DNA from: Terriglobia bacterium
GTDB taxonomy: Bacteria > Acidobacteriota > Terriglobia > 20CM-2-55-15
Direction: 5' to 3'
DNA: 64,000 nucleotides
Assembly: GCA_965198225.1 (NCBI GenBank)
Contig: CBDAOY010000005.1
Coordinates: 96,001 to 160,000, forward strand
A model generated the notes under the pieces. The model made no database searches. It had not been told where the DNA came from and was given only the letters and a program-made list of their open reading frames with translations. The position numbers were made by a program, and so were the translations under genes. Positions 9,674 to 19,585 of the stretch are shown here, piece after piece; positions within the stretch are counted from its first letter, which is position 1, and every line of letters starts with the position of its first letter.

Positions 9674-9856
9674 TCAACCGAGGAGCGGCTCTCTTTTTCG
9701 GATGAACCAGAGGAGGGACAGGGTCACGAGCGCGGTGAAGTGGATCGCCGCCTTTAGACCGTCCACGGTCACGGGACGACCGGAAAGTCCGATCCAGAGC
9801 GAGGCTCCTAACGGCAGCGCCAACGCCGTGAAGAACAGGGTCTTGGCTACGCCATC
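9674..9856 (-). pseudogene. C-terminal remnant of a small membrane protein, cut by IS21
   Basis: Two hydrophobic segments; the upstream part is replaced by istA sequence. Confidence 0.35.
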
Positions 9857-10775
9857 CGGCACTCCCCGCCTCATCGTGCTGGATAACCTGCGCGAAGGCG
9901 TGATCGTCCCGGACCATTACGACCCCACCCTGAATCCGTTGTTTCGAGATGTCCTGACCCATTACGGCGTGGTGGCCATGCCCTGCCGGGTGCGCGATCC
10001 AGACCGCAAAGGCAAAGTCGAATCCGGTGTCGGGCACGCCCAGAAGACCCCATTGAAGGGACAGCGCTTCGAGAGCCTCGACCAGGCCCAGGGGTATCTG
10101 GATCGCTGGGAAGTCCGATGGGCCGACACCCGCATCCACGGCACGACCAAGCGGCAGGTGGCGGCCATGTTCGCCGAAGAGAAACCATCTCTTAAGCCGC
10201 TGCCGATCGAACCGTTTCGCTATTACCAATTCGGTGAACGTGTCGTCCATCTCGACGGTTGCGTCGAAGTCGAAGCCGCCTATTACAGTGTACCGCCGGG
10301 CTGGATCGGACGGGGTGTCAAGGTCCAGTGGGACACGCTTCACGTCCGGATCCTGGACCCAAACACCTATCCACTCCTCCGCGAGCATGTCCGCCAGAAG
10401 CGGGGTGGATACCGTGTCCGTGCTGAAGACAACCCGAAGAAAACCCCGTTAACGACGGTGCAACTGCTGGCCCGAGCCCGCCGCGCTGGCACCCACATCG
10501 GCACACTCTGTGACGCCATTCACCGCCGACAAGGGGAAGCTGCGGTCCGCCGCATCCTGGGTGTGCTCTCCCTGGCCAAGAAGTACGGTGTCTCCGCCGT
10601 GGAGGATGCTTCGGCTGCGGCACTGGAACTCCACGTCTACGAGTATCGTTTCGTCCGCCGCTATCTGGAGCGGCGACCTCCACTCGCCCTGCGTCAGGTC
10701 GATCCTCTCATTCGCGAACTGACTCAGTATCGCGATCTCATCAACCTCAAAATCCAGGAGCAGGAACACTCATGA
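9857..10775 (+). pseudogene. istA: IS21 transposase, 5'-truncated
   Basis: Begins mid-core at GTPRLIVLDNL; PDRKGKVESGV and RIHGTT motifs; no HTH or first Asp. Confidence 0.85.
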
Positions 10776-11527
10776 ATCTGATCGAACTCCAGCGGGCTCT
10801 CCGACAACTCCGGCTCGGCGGCATTGCCGAGGTGTTGGAAACACGCCTCCACCAGGCCCAGACCGAAGCCATGGCGCCGATCGACTTGGTCTCTCGTCTG
10901 GTCTCGGATGAACTGGACCGTCGCAGCATCCGGTTGTTGGAACGGCGTCGGAAACAGGCCCGGTTCCGCGATCCCCAGAAGACGCTCGACTCCTTCGACT
11001 TTACTTTCAACAAGAAGATGAATCGTAGTCTGGTCTTCGACCTGGCGACGGGCGCCTTCATCTCCAGGCACGACGATGCCTTGTTTCTCGGTCCTCCTGG
11101 CACCGGCAAGAGTCATCTGGCTCAGGCCATCGGCTTGGCTGCCATTGAGCAGGGCTATCGGGTCGTCTACCGTGAAACTCATGCGCTTCTCGACGACATC
11201 GCCGAAGCCACCATTGACGGTACCCGAAAGGAGTGCATGGAAGCTTTGGCGACGGTCCCGCTGCTGATCATCGACGATCTGGGGATGCGGAAGCTTCCTC
11301 CCACTTCAGCAGAGGAACTCCTCGAGATCGTGATGCGACGCTATGAACGGACCAGTACGTTACTGACATCGAATCGACCCGTCCAAGACTGGGGAAAACT
11401 ACTGGGTGATAGCGCCGCCGTCACAGCCATGCTGGACCGGCTGCTCCATCACGGCCACATCCTCAAATGCGGCCCTCGGAGTTGGAGGACTAAAACGGGC
11501 TTGCCGAGTCCAGTCCCAAAGAGGTAG
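10772..11527 (+). CDS. istB: IS21 helper ATPase
   Basis: GPPGTGKSHLAQAIG, LLIIDDLG, LTSNR, AMLDRLLHH. Confidence 0.95.
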   Translation: MNLIELQRALRQLRLGGIAEVLETRLHQAQTEAMAPIDLVSRLVSDELDRRSIRLLERRRKQARFRDPQKTLDSFDFTFNKKMNRSLVFDLATGAFISRHDDALFLGPPGTGKSHLAQAIGLAAIEQGYRVVYRETHALLDDIAEATIDGTRKECMEALATVPLLIIDDLGMRKLPPTSAEELLEIVMRRYERTSTLLTSNRPVQDWGKLLGDSAAVTAMLDRLLHHGHILKCGPRSWRTKTGLPSPVPKR

Positions 11528-11606
11528 AACAACACCGTCCCGGGCCATCCCCGTTGGCCGGTTCTGAAGTGACCATCGTTGGCCGGTTTTGAAGTGACCA
11601 CTGGGG

Positions 11607-11710
11607 TTGCCGCTGCTGTTTGCACCCGTAAACACCGTCAATGGAGCGAACTCAAGCTCCGTCTCTTTCTGAATTGACTTGAAGTTGAACACTTTCCATT
11701 TGATGATCAT
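11607..11710 (-). pseudogene. N-terminus of an ABC/AAA ATPase interrupted by IS21 at Walker A
   Basis: MIIKWKVFNFKSIQKETELEFAPLTVFTGANSSG(K); ATGA-coupled to the methylase stop. Confidence 0.75.
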
Positions 11711-14552
11711 TGGTCGCTCCCCGCCCTGGTTACCGCTTGGTCGTACCACATGAGGAGCTTGGGATCTTCCCGGAGAATCTTCTCTGGGATGCGCTGAGCC
11801 ACGGCGATGATCGTGCGGTAGTCGCGATCCTGCCAGCATCGTTTGAAGCCCGCGCGGACCGCCTCCAGGCGGATGACCTTCATCTTCTTGCCCTCGGGAA
11901 TCGGTGCTGAGTTCGGCTCCAGCCCCGGGATGAAAACTTCCTGTGATTCCGGCTTCGCGCGTTTGTATTCGGCGGGCAAATACTCCGAGAACTCGCGCAT
12001 GAGGGCCAGCTCGCGCAGCTTTTCCAGGTCACTGGCCTTGTTCGGATCGGGCACGTACCAGCGGTCCTTGCCCTTGGCCTTGAGCGACGGATCGTCCTTG
12101 GCTAGGTTGCGGAGTTCCTTGAAGTTCGAGGAGAGGTAGCTGTGAATCTGGCTGGGCACCTCCCCCTTGCCGTCGTAGCGCAGGAAATTCTGCTCGAGCA
12201 GTTCATCAAGCTCAAGCATTATTTCGTTCTTTTGCCAGCCACCAAGTGTCTGCATGAATTGGGGCTTCAGGTCACCTGGCGTTTGCGGTTTCTTCGTGAG
12301 TTGTTGTTTGAGCCACTGGATAGCCGACGCCTCGTCGGAGACGAAGAGGGACAGTTGAAGAATTTCTCTTACAGTAATCCGTTTCTTGTCGTACTCGGCA
12401 GCCTGCTCGGGCAGGAAATACATACCGTCACGTGCCGGAAAGCGTTGTTCCAGGCCCGCGTAAAACTCAGCGGCGGACAAGGGGACTGTCACACCGCGCT
12501 GGACATGAAAAGCAACCATTCGGTCGAAAAGCAAAAAGTTCTGACGTTCGGCAATGACCTCTGCTTGATTGTTCTTCACCACAAATAGGGGGAGTTGTTT
12601 CAGGTGGGTCCTAACGAAATCCCAAACTCCATCTTCAACCCCGGCTGTTAGCTTGAACCGATCTTCAAGTCCGCCATTGGGCTTGTATGCAGAGATCACC
12701 AGATCTTGATCAACTGCCCCAGCCCTGTTGACGGCATTGAATGAGCGCTGTTGTTTGTCAAGAACACGAACATCTGCCACAACCAAACCGGATGCTTCGA
12801 TAGATTGCTGGATGGCACTCCAGACTGCATTCTGGCTGTTGTGGAACTCAATGGTTATCCAGTGCCCCGGCTTGAGCACCCGGTCATATCCCTTAAATGC
12901 TGAAGCCATCATGTGGGAATAGAATGGAAGATCCTTTTTGTGAACGTAATTGAGAACGCAATCATCTTCCGTGAGGCTTCTGACTCGTACCCACGCTTCA
13001 ACAAAGGAATTCAATTCTGAGTATTGAAGGGATTCTCCAAATGGTGGATCTGTGAAGATATAGTCAATTGAATTGCTGGGGATGTTTTTCAGATCGGCAA
13101 TGCTCTGCGTTGAGATAACCGTTGTTCTGCTCACGGCGCTTGTTAGCTTGCAGATCTTTCGGATTTTCCGCCGCAGGACATCGAATACGTTCCGCTCCAA
13201 GTGAAGAGACGGTGTAAACAGTGTCCCTGACACTCCTCCCCCACCGCCGAAATACCCCTGCTTCCTGGATACGTAGTTATTGATTGCGCTTAGGCAGAAG
13301 CGAAAGAGTGATGTATGCCGCAATGATGACAGCTCAAGTTGCCACAATTCACCCAAGGCAAACAAAGCCCTTGGGGTATACATGTGACAAATATGGGAGA
13401 TGCCAGTGCCATTTATAAGTTTGTTGGTTTGACGCCCGGCGAAGAACTTGTCCGTAGGAACCGACGGCCACTGACGATTGTCGAATCGCTTGTCAAGAGC
13501 CCTCCTGTCTGCCTCCGAAATCTTGAGCTTTGCGCGCTTTGAACCAGACTTAATGGTCTGCTCTAACAGCACGAATTCCGGGACACGAACAACTTCTTTA
13601 AGAACAGGATCATATCTTGTGACAAATGCTCGCTCGAGTTTAGCGGCACCTGTTGTTCGTGAAGCGCTTTTCCCGACGATTGAACCACAATCAGGACATG
13701 GAAACGATTTCTGCATTTTTCCATTCTTCAGTGCTGCTTCCCAGAAAACGAGTTCGTTGCTACAGTTTGGACAAAGGAAAACGTCAGACCAGATGGCACT
13801 CAACACTGCACCGGAGCTACTTTCATATAGCCACGACAGAGATCTCTCAATTTCATCAACGACTCGAAGAGCCTCTCTTTCGAAGTCTTCGAGGCCAAAC
13901 AAGTCAACATAGTTTCGAGCAATGAAAGTAGCAATTGGGGACAGATCCGACAGAATCGAATGGCGTTCGCCAACCATAGAAATAGCACTATTCCGCTCAT
14001 CCAGAACTGTTCCATCATCCTTCACCCGGTAACCGAGAGCCTCGATTTCTTTTGCATCTCCACACAATTGAGCAGCTACACCTGTCATTCCCGTCCCGCA
14101 GAAACCATCAAGGACCAGTCACCTGGTTGGGTATAGTGGAGGATGTACCGCATCAGGGCCTTATGCGGGACTTTGGTATGGTATGAGTGCGCGTTGTAAA
14201 TCGGGTCGTTTTTACCTTCGCTGACATCTGCCGCAAAAGTCTCGCGGCTGTAAGACCTACCTGAATCATACGGTCTGCCATAATGCTTGATAAAATCCTC
14301 AATGAACGGATTCGGGCAGGCGGTGTATAACGGCGGATCAGACAAATCCAGAATGTCCTCGTCCCTGCCGATCGGGAACCCCTCGATCTTGCGGAACTCC
14401 GGGTCCTTGAGCTTTTCGCGTAGCGTTCCCAAGAAATACTCCCGGCGCTCCTCGTCGTTCTCGAAAGTCATGCCGAGGCATTCCACTGGTCCCTGCGGCT
14501 TGGCGTCAGACTCCAGGTCGAAAAGATGTTGTTCGTGGTAGTCTTTTACCAT
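11707..14552 (-). pseudogene. pglXI: BREX type 3 DNA methyltransferase, 1-nt frameshift at ~14118
   Basis: Two ORFs rejoin as AHSYHTKVPH...PGDLVLDGFCGTGMTGVAA (motif I); FTDPPF (motif IV); follows brxC. Confidence 0.8.
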
Positions 14553-14561
14553 CGGCCGTTC

Positions 14562-17500
14562 CTATTCCAAAACAATGCGCACCTTGCCAGGCTCCTTGCC
14601 CTTGGTGAGTTCGTCCAGATATTCCTCGAACCGCTTCTTCATCTCGACGGCTGTTACCGGTGAGCCACCGGAGAGCAGCGCCGCTCGTATGTCTTCGATC
14701 TTGACCGGCACCTTCTGGAGTCCGGAAAGTACCTCGCTCAGAGCATGGATGAAGTCCTGGTCGATCTCGTCCGGCAGGGCTCGCTTCTTGATAAAGCCGT
14801 TCACTAGCTTCTTGGGCTCGGGCTTGAGCAGGTCCAGGTTGCCCTTGATGGTTGGGTCCTCCAGGTTGGCCAGAAGTGTCAGGGCCCAGTTGGCCGCCAG
14901 CTTATCCAGTTCGTCGTCCAAACCATCCAGGACCGTTCCCGCAGGAGCGGTGGGCGGTTCTGCGCTGGGCTTGTAACTACAGTTCGCGCAGACGGGTGAG
15001 GCGTCCATCTCTTGTTCTGTGAGTGCGAAGCAACTCTTCAGGGCGGCAAGGCGGTTTTGGAAGTCGGTCAGATGCTGACGCGGCATCAACTCGATGGTGG
15101 AGAGCTTCTGCAGCACTTTGAGCCGTTCGTCGCCCATGAGACCGGTCTTGCGCTTGTCTTCGTTCACGCCCAGCCGAGCCTTGGTGTGCAGCCCGAGGTA
15201 GGTCTGTACATAGGTTTTTTTGAGCTGGTTCAGTCTGTGTTGGGTCTGCTGACGGAAGGTGCCAGCGTCGCGCTTGTCCGGGTCGCTGATTTGAACGAGG
15301 ACCTCATCGCGAACGATCTTCATGTTGCCTACCCACTGGTGTTCCGCGGGCAGCACCGCTTCAGCGGTGGAAAGGAAGGACGCGGTGGAACCGAGATCGG
15401 CCACCAGTTCCTCAAGTGATTTGATCTCGGCCAAAGAATTGAACCCTGCCCGATGGGACGTCACCTCCTGGGCGTCATAGCGGAAGTTCTTGAGTTTCCC
15501 TGGCGTGGTATAGGCTTGGAGCGATTCCAAGAAATTCTTGGTGTCGTCGAGCCGCGTCCGGAGTTTCTGCGCCTCTTCCTCGGCCAGCAAGTTCCGGCCC
15601 CAGAAGAGAAGACCGCTCTGCAGGTTCTGTTGCAGCAGCACCAGCTTCTCCACTGATTCGGAAATGGCCTTCTGCAACTGCTGAACCGGTTCCTCCTTGC
15701 CCTGGGTGACCAGTTGGGCCATACCCGGCGTGAGACCGAGCAGTTCGAACAGAGCTTTGAGTGCCGGAAGGTTCCAGTCCTTGGGCTGTTCGATGTGCTT
15801 GAACTGCGTGAGTTGATCTACTCCGGTCCCGGCCAACTGCGGCAGGTCGGCGGCGTCGAACTTCTTGCCCGGGATGGCGAGAACCAGATCGCCGGAGTAG
15901 ACCAGCACAGCCAGGAGGACCGCGACCCATTCCGGTTCCAACCGCTGCCGGTCCTTGTCCATGTATTCCACGCCTTTGTCATCCTGGATCAGCTCGGAAC
16001 GATTAACTACCTGGCCGTGGCCCTTCTTTTTGAGCAGGCCGAGGATGTGTTTGGCGTATTTTGATTTGCTTGGATCAAGGCGTCCGCCATCGAGCAGCTC
16101 CAGGCCATCAAGCACTGCCGTCGCCTGCTTGGTACGGTTCTGACCCGCGACGGCCCGCAAGGCATCCTGCGCGGCCTGGTCCCGGTTGATTCCTGTGATG
16201 AGGACCGAGAAGAAGGGATGCTCGGGCGCCTGATCCTGAAAATGCGCTCCCAAGCAGACGCCAGAAATCGTGTTCACGAGGTCGCGGAAATTGATGCGCT
16301 CATGGGAACCGATGCCGGAAAGTTCCCGGATTGACTTTCCCTTGGCCCATTCGGTGAGCGACTTGCTGCGTCCCTGATAGGTGACATCGAAAGCATCTGT
16401 CATGTTTTTTTGCAGCCACTGCACCAGGTCCCGCAGAAAATGGGATGACTTGGACTCGTATGTAGACTTGGCGTGCCCCGATGAAGTGGAAGCCAGGTCT
16501 AGCGCTGCGGCGTAATTCCTAAGCGCAGTGCGGAATTCGTCGTCCATCTTGGTGAGCCGCAGCAACAGTTCGTCGGAGTTCTTCTCCTTGGGGAAGTGCG
16601 GGGCATCGAAAGGCTGGATGAAATACAGGTAAAAGTCCCGTGGCGGTACGGCAGTGGATCTTTCATTGGGGGCGCCGAAGAAAAGATATCCCTGGCGTGC
16701 GGCTTTGCGCTCCAGCCACTCCAGCTCATGCTGCCAAATCTTGTAGCCAGTGACATAGGTCTGGTCCGTACACTCCATGACCCGTTTCAGGGCCTCGTAG
16801 TAGTAACGGTCGAGTTGAGGGGAATCGAGGCTTTCAGCGCGCTTGTCGATCAGCGCGTCGAAGTCGTCGGTCTTCTTCAGGTCCAGATAAAATTGCCGGT
16901 TGTCCGGATTCGAGGAAATGAATTGCCCGCTGACCGTCTTGAGGATTTCACGCAGGACAGTCTCCACCTGGGAAAGCAGGTCGTCGGCTGGATTCCCGCC
17001 CAGGTCCTCGATACCGGGTTGATACAGGCAGAGCCCGTCCCGAAGCTCTTCGGCTGTCGCTCCCAGGGTGGCGTGAATGTCCCCGGTGGTGAGCCGGTGC
17101 ACCGACAGAGCACAGATGAGCCGCAGCGCCATTGGCTTGTAAGCAGGGCGTGTGAAGGCCTGTTGGATGCGGGATTCCAGCACCTGGCTGCAGTCGATTA
17201 CCGCCTTAATATCGGGCACGGCTCGGAAGGACGGATTCTCCCGAAGATTGGTCCAATAGGTGTCGTATGCTATGAGGCCGGGCCGGTCATCCGGCATGTC
17301 CTGATTGAGCATCTTCTTCATGGCCAGGGACAGGGTCTTAAGCACTTCGCGCTTCTCCACGGCGATGACCCTCTCGAAGGTGTCGATGTAGTCGGGATGC
17401 ACCGGGAAAAGGTGGACAAACTCGTCCATGCGCTCGTTCATGTGGCCGTAGAATTTGCCGAAGGGCACAAGGTATTCGCGTATCTTGACCTGCTGCTCGC

Positions 17501-18290
17501 CGGTCTTCTTGAGCAATCGCTCGGCCACGACGAACTTAACGTCCTCGTGGGCGATGCGAATTTGCTCGAAGCGATCCTTGACCCGGCGGATGCTGTCGGC
17601 TACGAAGGAAAATCTGGGACTGTCGAAGATGGCCTCCTGGACACCGGCCATGAAGCGGAAGCGTAGGTCCTTGCAAACCTCGCCGATTTCACGGAGAAAG
17701 TTCAGGTCGAGGATGAGTTCCTGATCCTTGCGTGAGCGCAAGTAATCGAGCAGCTCGTCAACCACGAGGAGCAGGCCGTGGTCGGGGAACTCCTGATGAA
17801 ACGTGGCCATCATTTCTTCAAAGGATCTCTTGTTGTTGGATACCTGATCGGTGGAGGGAAAGCTGTAGCTCACGCTTATCGCGCCCAAATGCTCTTCCAG
17901 CTCCGCTACCAAAATGTCGCGAAGGGACATAGTGGTGGCCCCTATTTCAGTACGGACGACCTTGAACCGACCGCTGATTTGTCCGACAGCATTCTTCACA
18001 GTGGCGTTGCTTAGACTTGCGGCAAGGTCGGGATTCTCCGCAAGCCCGGAAATCACCGACATGAGGTGGGATTTACCGGTACCGTAATTTCCGACTACCA
18101 GAAGCCCTTTGTTGTCGGTGGGCTGCTCGAACTGCAATTGGGGAATAACCAGATCCACCAACTTGTCCGCCATCTCCTCGGAAATGACGTAGGTCTCGAC
18201 AAGCCGTCGGGCCGCAGTCGCCTCGTCGGCATCCCGCAGTTGGACCACAGACTCGATGGGTTCAAACTGAATCAGGTCACCGTATTTCAT
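14562..18290 (-). CDS. brxC: BREX type 3 ATPase (DUF6079)
   Basis: [18 protein letters not shown]; [11 protein letters not shown]; [11 protein letters not shown]; 1242 aa. Confidence 0.85.
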   Translation of the reverse strand: MKYGDLIQFEPIESVVQLRDADEATAARRLVETYVISEEMADKLVDLVIPQLQFEQPTDNKGLLVVGNYGTGKSHLMSVISGLAENPDLAASLSNATVKNAVGQISGRFKVVRTEIGATTMSLRDILVAELEEHLGAISVSYSFPSTDQVSNNKRSFEEMMATFHQEFPDHGLLLVVDELLDYLRSRKDQELILDLNFLREIGEVCKDLRFRFMAGVQEAIFDSPRFSFVADSIRRVKDRFEQIRIAHEDVKFVVAERLLKKTGEQQVKIREYLVPFGKFYGHMNERMDEFVHLFPVHPDYIDTFERVIAVEKREVLKTLSLAMKKMLNQDMPDDRPGLIAYDTYWTNLRENPSFRAVPDIKAVIDCSQVLESRIQQAFTRPAYKPMALRLICALSVHRLTTGDIHATLGATAEELRDGLCLYQPGIEDLGGNPADDLLSQVETVLREILKTVSGQFISSNPDNRQFYLDLKKTDDFDALIDKRAESLDSPQLDRYYYEALKRVMECTDQTYVTGYKIWQHELEWLERKAARQGYLFFGAPNERSTAVPPRDFYLYFIQPFDAPHFPKEKNSDELLLRLTKMDDEFRTALRNYAAALDLASTSSGHAKSTYESKSSHFLRDLVQWLQKNMTDAFDVTYQGRSKSLTEWAKGKSIRELSGIGSHERINFRDLVNTISGVCLGAHFQDQAPEHPFFSVLITGINRDQAAQDALRAVAGQNRTKQATAVLDGLELLDGGRLDPSKSKYAKHILGLLKKKGHGQVVNRSELIQDDKGVEYMDKDRQRLEPEWVAVLLAVLVYSGDLVLAIPGKKFDAADLPQLAGTGVDQLTQFKHIEQPKDWNLPALKALFELLGLTPGMAQLVTQGKEEPVQQLQKAISESVEKLVLLQQNLQSGLLFWGRNLLAEEEAQKLRTRLDDTKNFLESLQAYTTPGKLKNFRYDAQEVTSHRAGFNSLAEIKSLEELVADLGSTASFLSTAEAVLPAEHQWVGNMKIVRDEVLVQISDPDKRDAGTFRQQTQHRLNQLKKTYVQTYLGLHTKARLGVNEDKRKTGLMGDERLKVLQKLSTIELMPRQHLTDFQNRLAALKSCFALTEQEMDASPVCANCSYKPSAEPPTAPAGTVLDGLDDELDKLAANWALTLLANLEDPTIKGNLDLLKPEPKKLVNGFIKKRALPDEIDQDFIHALSEVLSGLQKVPVKIEDIRAALLSGGSPVTAVEMKKRFEEYLDELTKGKEPGKVRIVLE

Positions 18291-18324
18291 TGCGTCCGCT
18301 CCCTCGCAATGGAAACTGTTGTCT

Positions 18325-18801
18325 TCATGTCGTTACGTCTGGGGTTGCTGTCAGAAAATCACGTGCTGGATATCGCCTGTACTCTGGATGAGCCGGTATA
18401 GCATAGATCAAGGAGTCTTCAACAATAGTGCCATTCCATGCGGCAACCACGGTCTTGTTGCGCGAAAGTCCCTGGAGCAGCCGTAGCGGGTCCTGTTTCA
18501 AACCGACATCGAACAAGATTTCGATGTTGTCGAGTAATACGATCTCGCATTCGCTCTTGCTTACGAGATCCCGAAGAACACGCGGCAGCTGCAAGGCCCG
18601 CTGGCGCTCGGTCAAGTCCAGCATTCGGCACGATAGCTCGAGATTGACATTCACCAGCGGCGCACCTGTGCGGTCCCGGACATCCTGAAGCGCAGCGGTC
18701 TTACCTTCCCCTGCCGGTGCGATGACCAACATCAGCCGGTTATAAAGCTCGGCGGCCAGCTTGACCTTTCGCATGATCTGATCAGCCAGGGGCTCCGCCA
18801 T
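18325..18801 (-). CDS. brxF: BREX-3 P-loop protein
   Basis: [38 protein letters not shown]. Confidence 0.85.
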   Translation of the reverse strand: MAEPLADQIMRKVKLAAELYNRLMLVIAPAGEGKTAALQDVRDRTGAPLVNVNLELSCRMLDLTERQRALQLPRVLRDLVSKSECEIVLLDNIEILFDVGLKQDPLRLLQGLSRNKTVVAAWNGTIVEDSLIYAIPAHPEYRRYPARDFLTATPDVTT

Positions 18802-18998
18802 CACTGTTCTCCTTTATCCTTGGCCTCGTCAGCTCCGCCTGACTTCACCCATTCGTCCACCGCTTCCTTGCGGAATTTCCACAGGCGGCCCATCCGGTGT
18901 GCCGCATCTGCTTTTCGGTGATCCACTTGTAAACGCCGTCACGCTTGATGCTGCGATAAGCAGCATTTTCTTCTACGGCGACGCCATCGACCATTCAC
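18801..18998 (-). pseudogene. Excisionase-like HTH protein, frameshifted
   Basis: Reconstructs to ...AAY..IKRDGVYKWITEKQMPAHRMGRLWKFRKEAVDEWVKSGGA; stop overlaps brxF start (TGATG). Confidence 0.7.
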
Positions 18999-19585
18999 AA
19001 GTTAACAGCAGTCGCCTCGGTTCCCGTCTTGAAACCAGCCATGCTGTTTATTGGCGGACTAGTTCGTACAGGACGTGCTTGACGGGCATTCGTCCGGACA
19101 AACCAGAAAACTGGCTTACATTATATGAAAGTCGATCGAAGAGCCATCGAGGGGTCTCAGTGGGTCCCATTATTGCGTATTCCGGGGCGGCCTTGATCAC
19201 TGATTCCGGGATTGTGATCAGCGATTCCGATTGCCGAGGAGATGGCAGAAGCTCATGGCTCTTGCGGCATTTTTCTCCTACGAAATTACCTGCCGGCTCG
19301 GCAAGCGTGGCATCGGGGAGTGTATCAGGCAACCGATGCGAAGTTGGCGTCAGCTTGCCATCAAGGCCCTCCCCGAAGAATTGCCACTCACGAAGAACGG
19401 CTGGAATTGTGTGACAGATCTCGACGCGAGGTTCAAATAGGTCGCGAGAAACTCTGACTCAACGCTTGTGGAAATCGACACGACAGTCCTAAAAAAAGTG
19501 GTAGCTTACTGCTTCCTCTCGACATAATTGCGGCCTGAGAATAGAGCGTATACCACGAGTGGGTCCCGTGAGGTGAGCCACAGAA

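Larger units (their letters stand above)
9857..11606 (+). mobile_element. IS21-family element, left end missing
   Basis: istA and istB; right-end tandem 24-bp repeats cgttggccggttYtgaagtgacca at 11552 and 11577. Confidence 0.85.

Noticed and set aside
8691-9856. Apparent 694-aa fusion ORF ending in IstA
   Set aside because: The first ~390 codons are antisense to the sigma-54 activator; only the IstA remnant is real.
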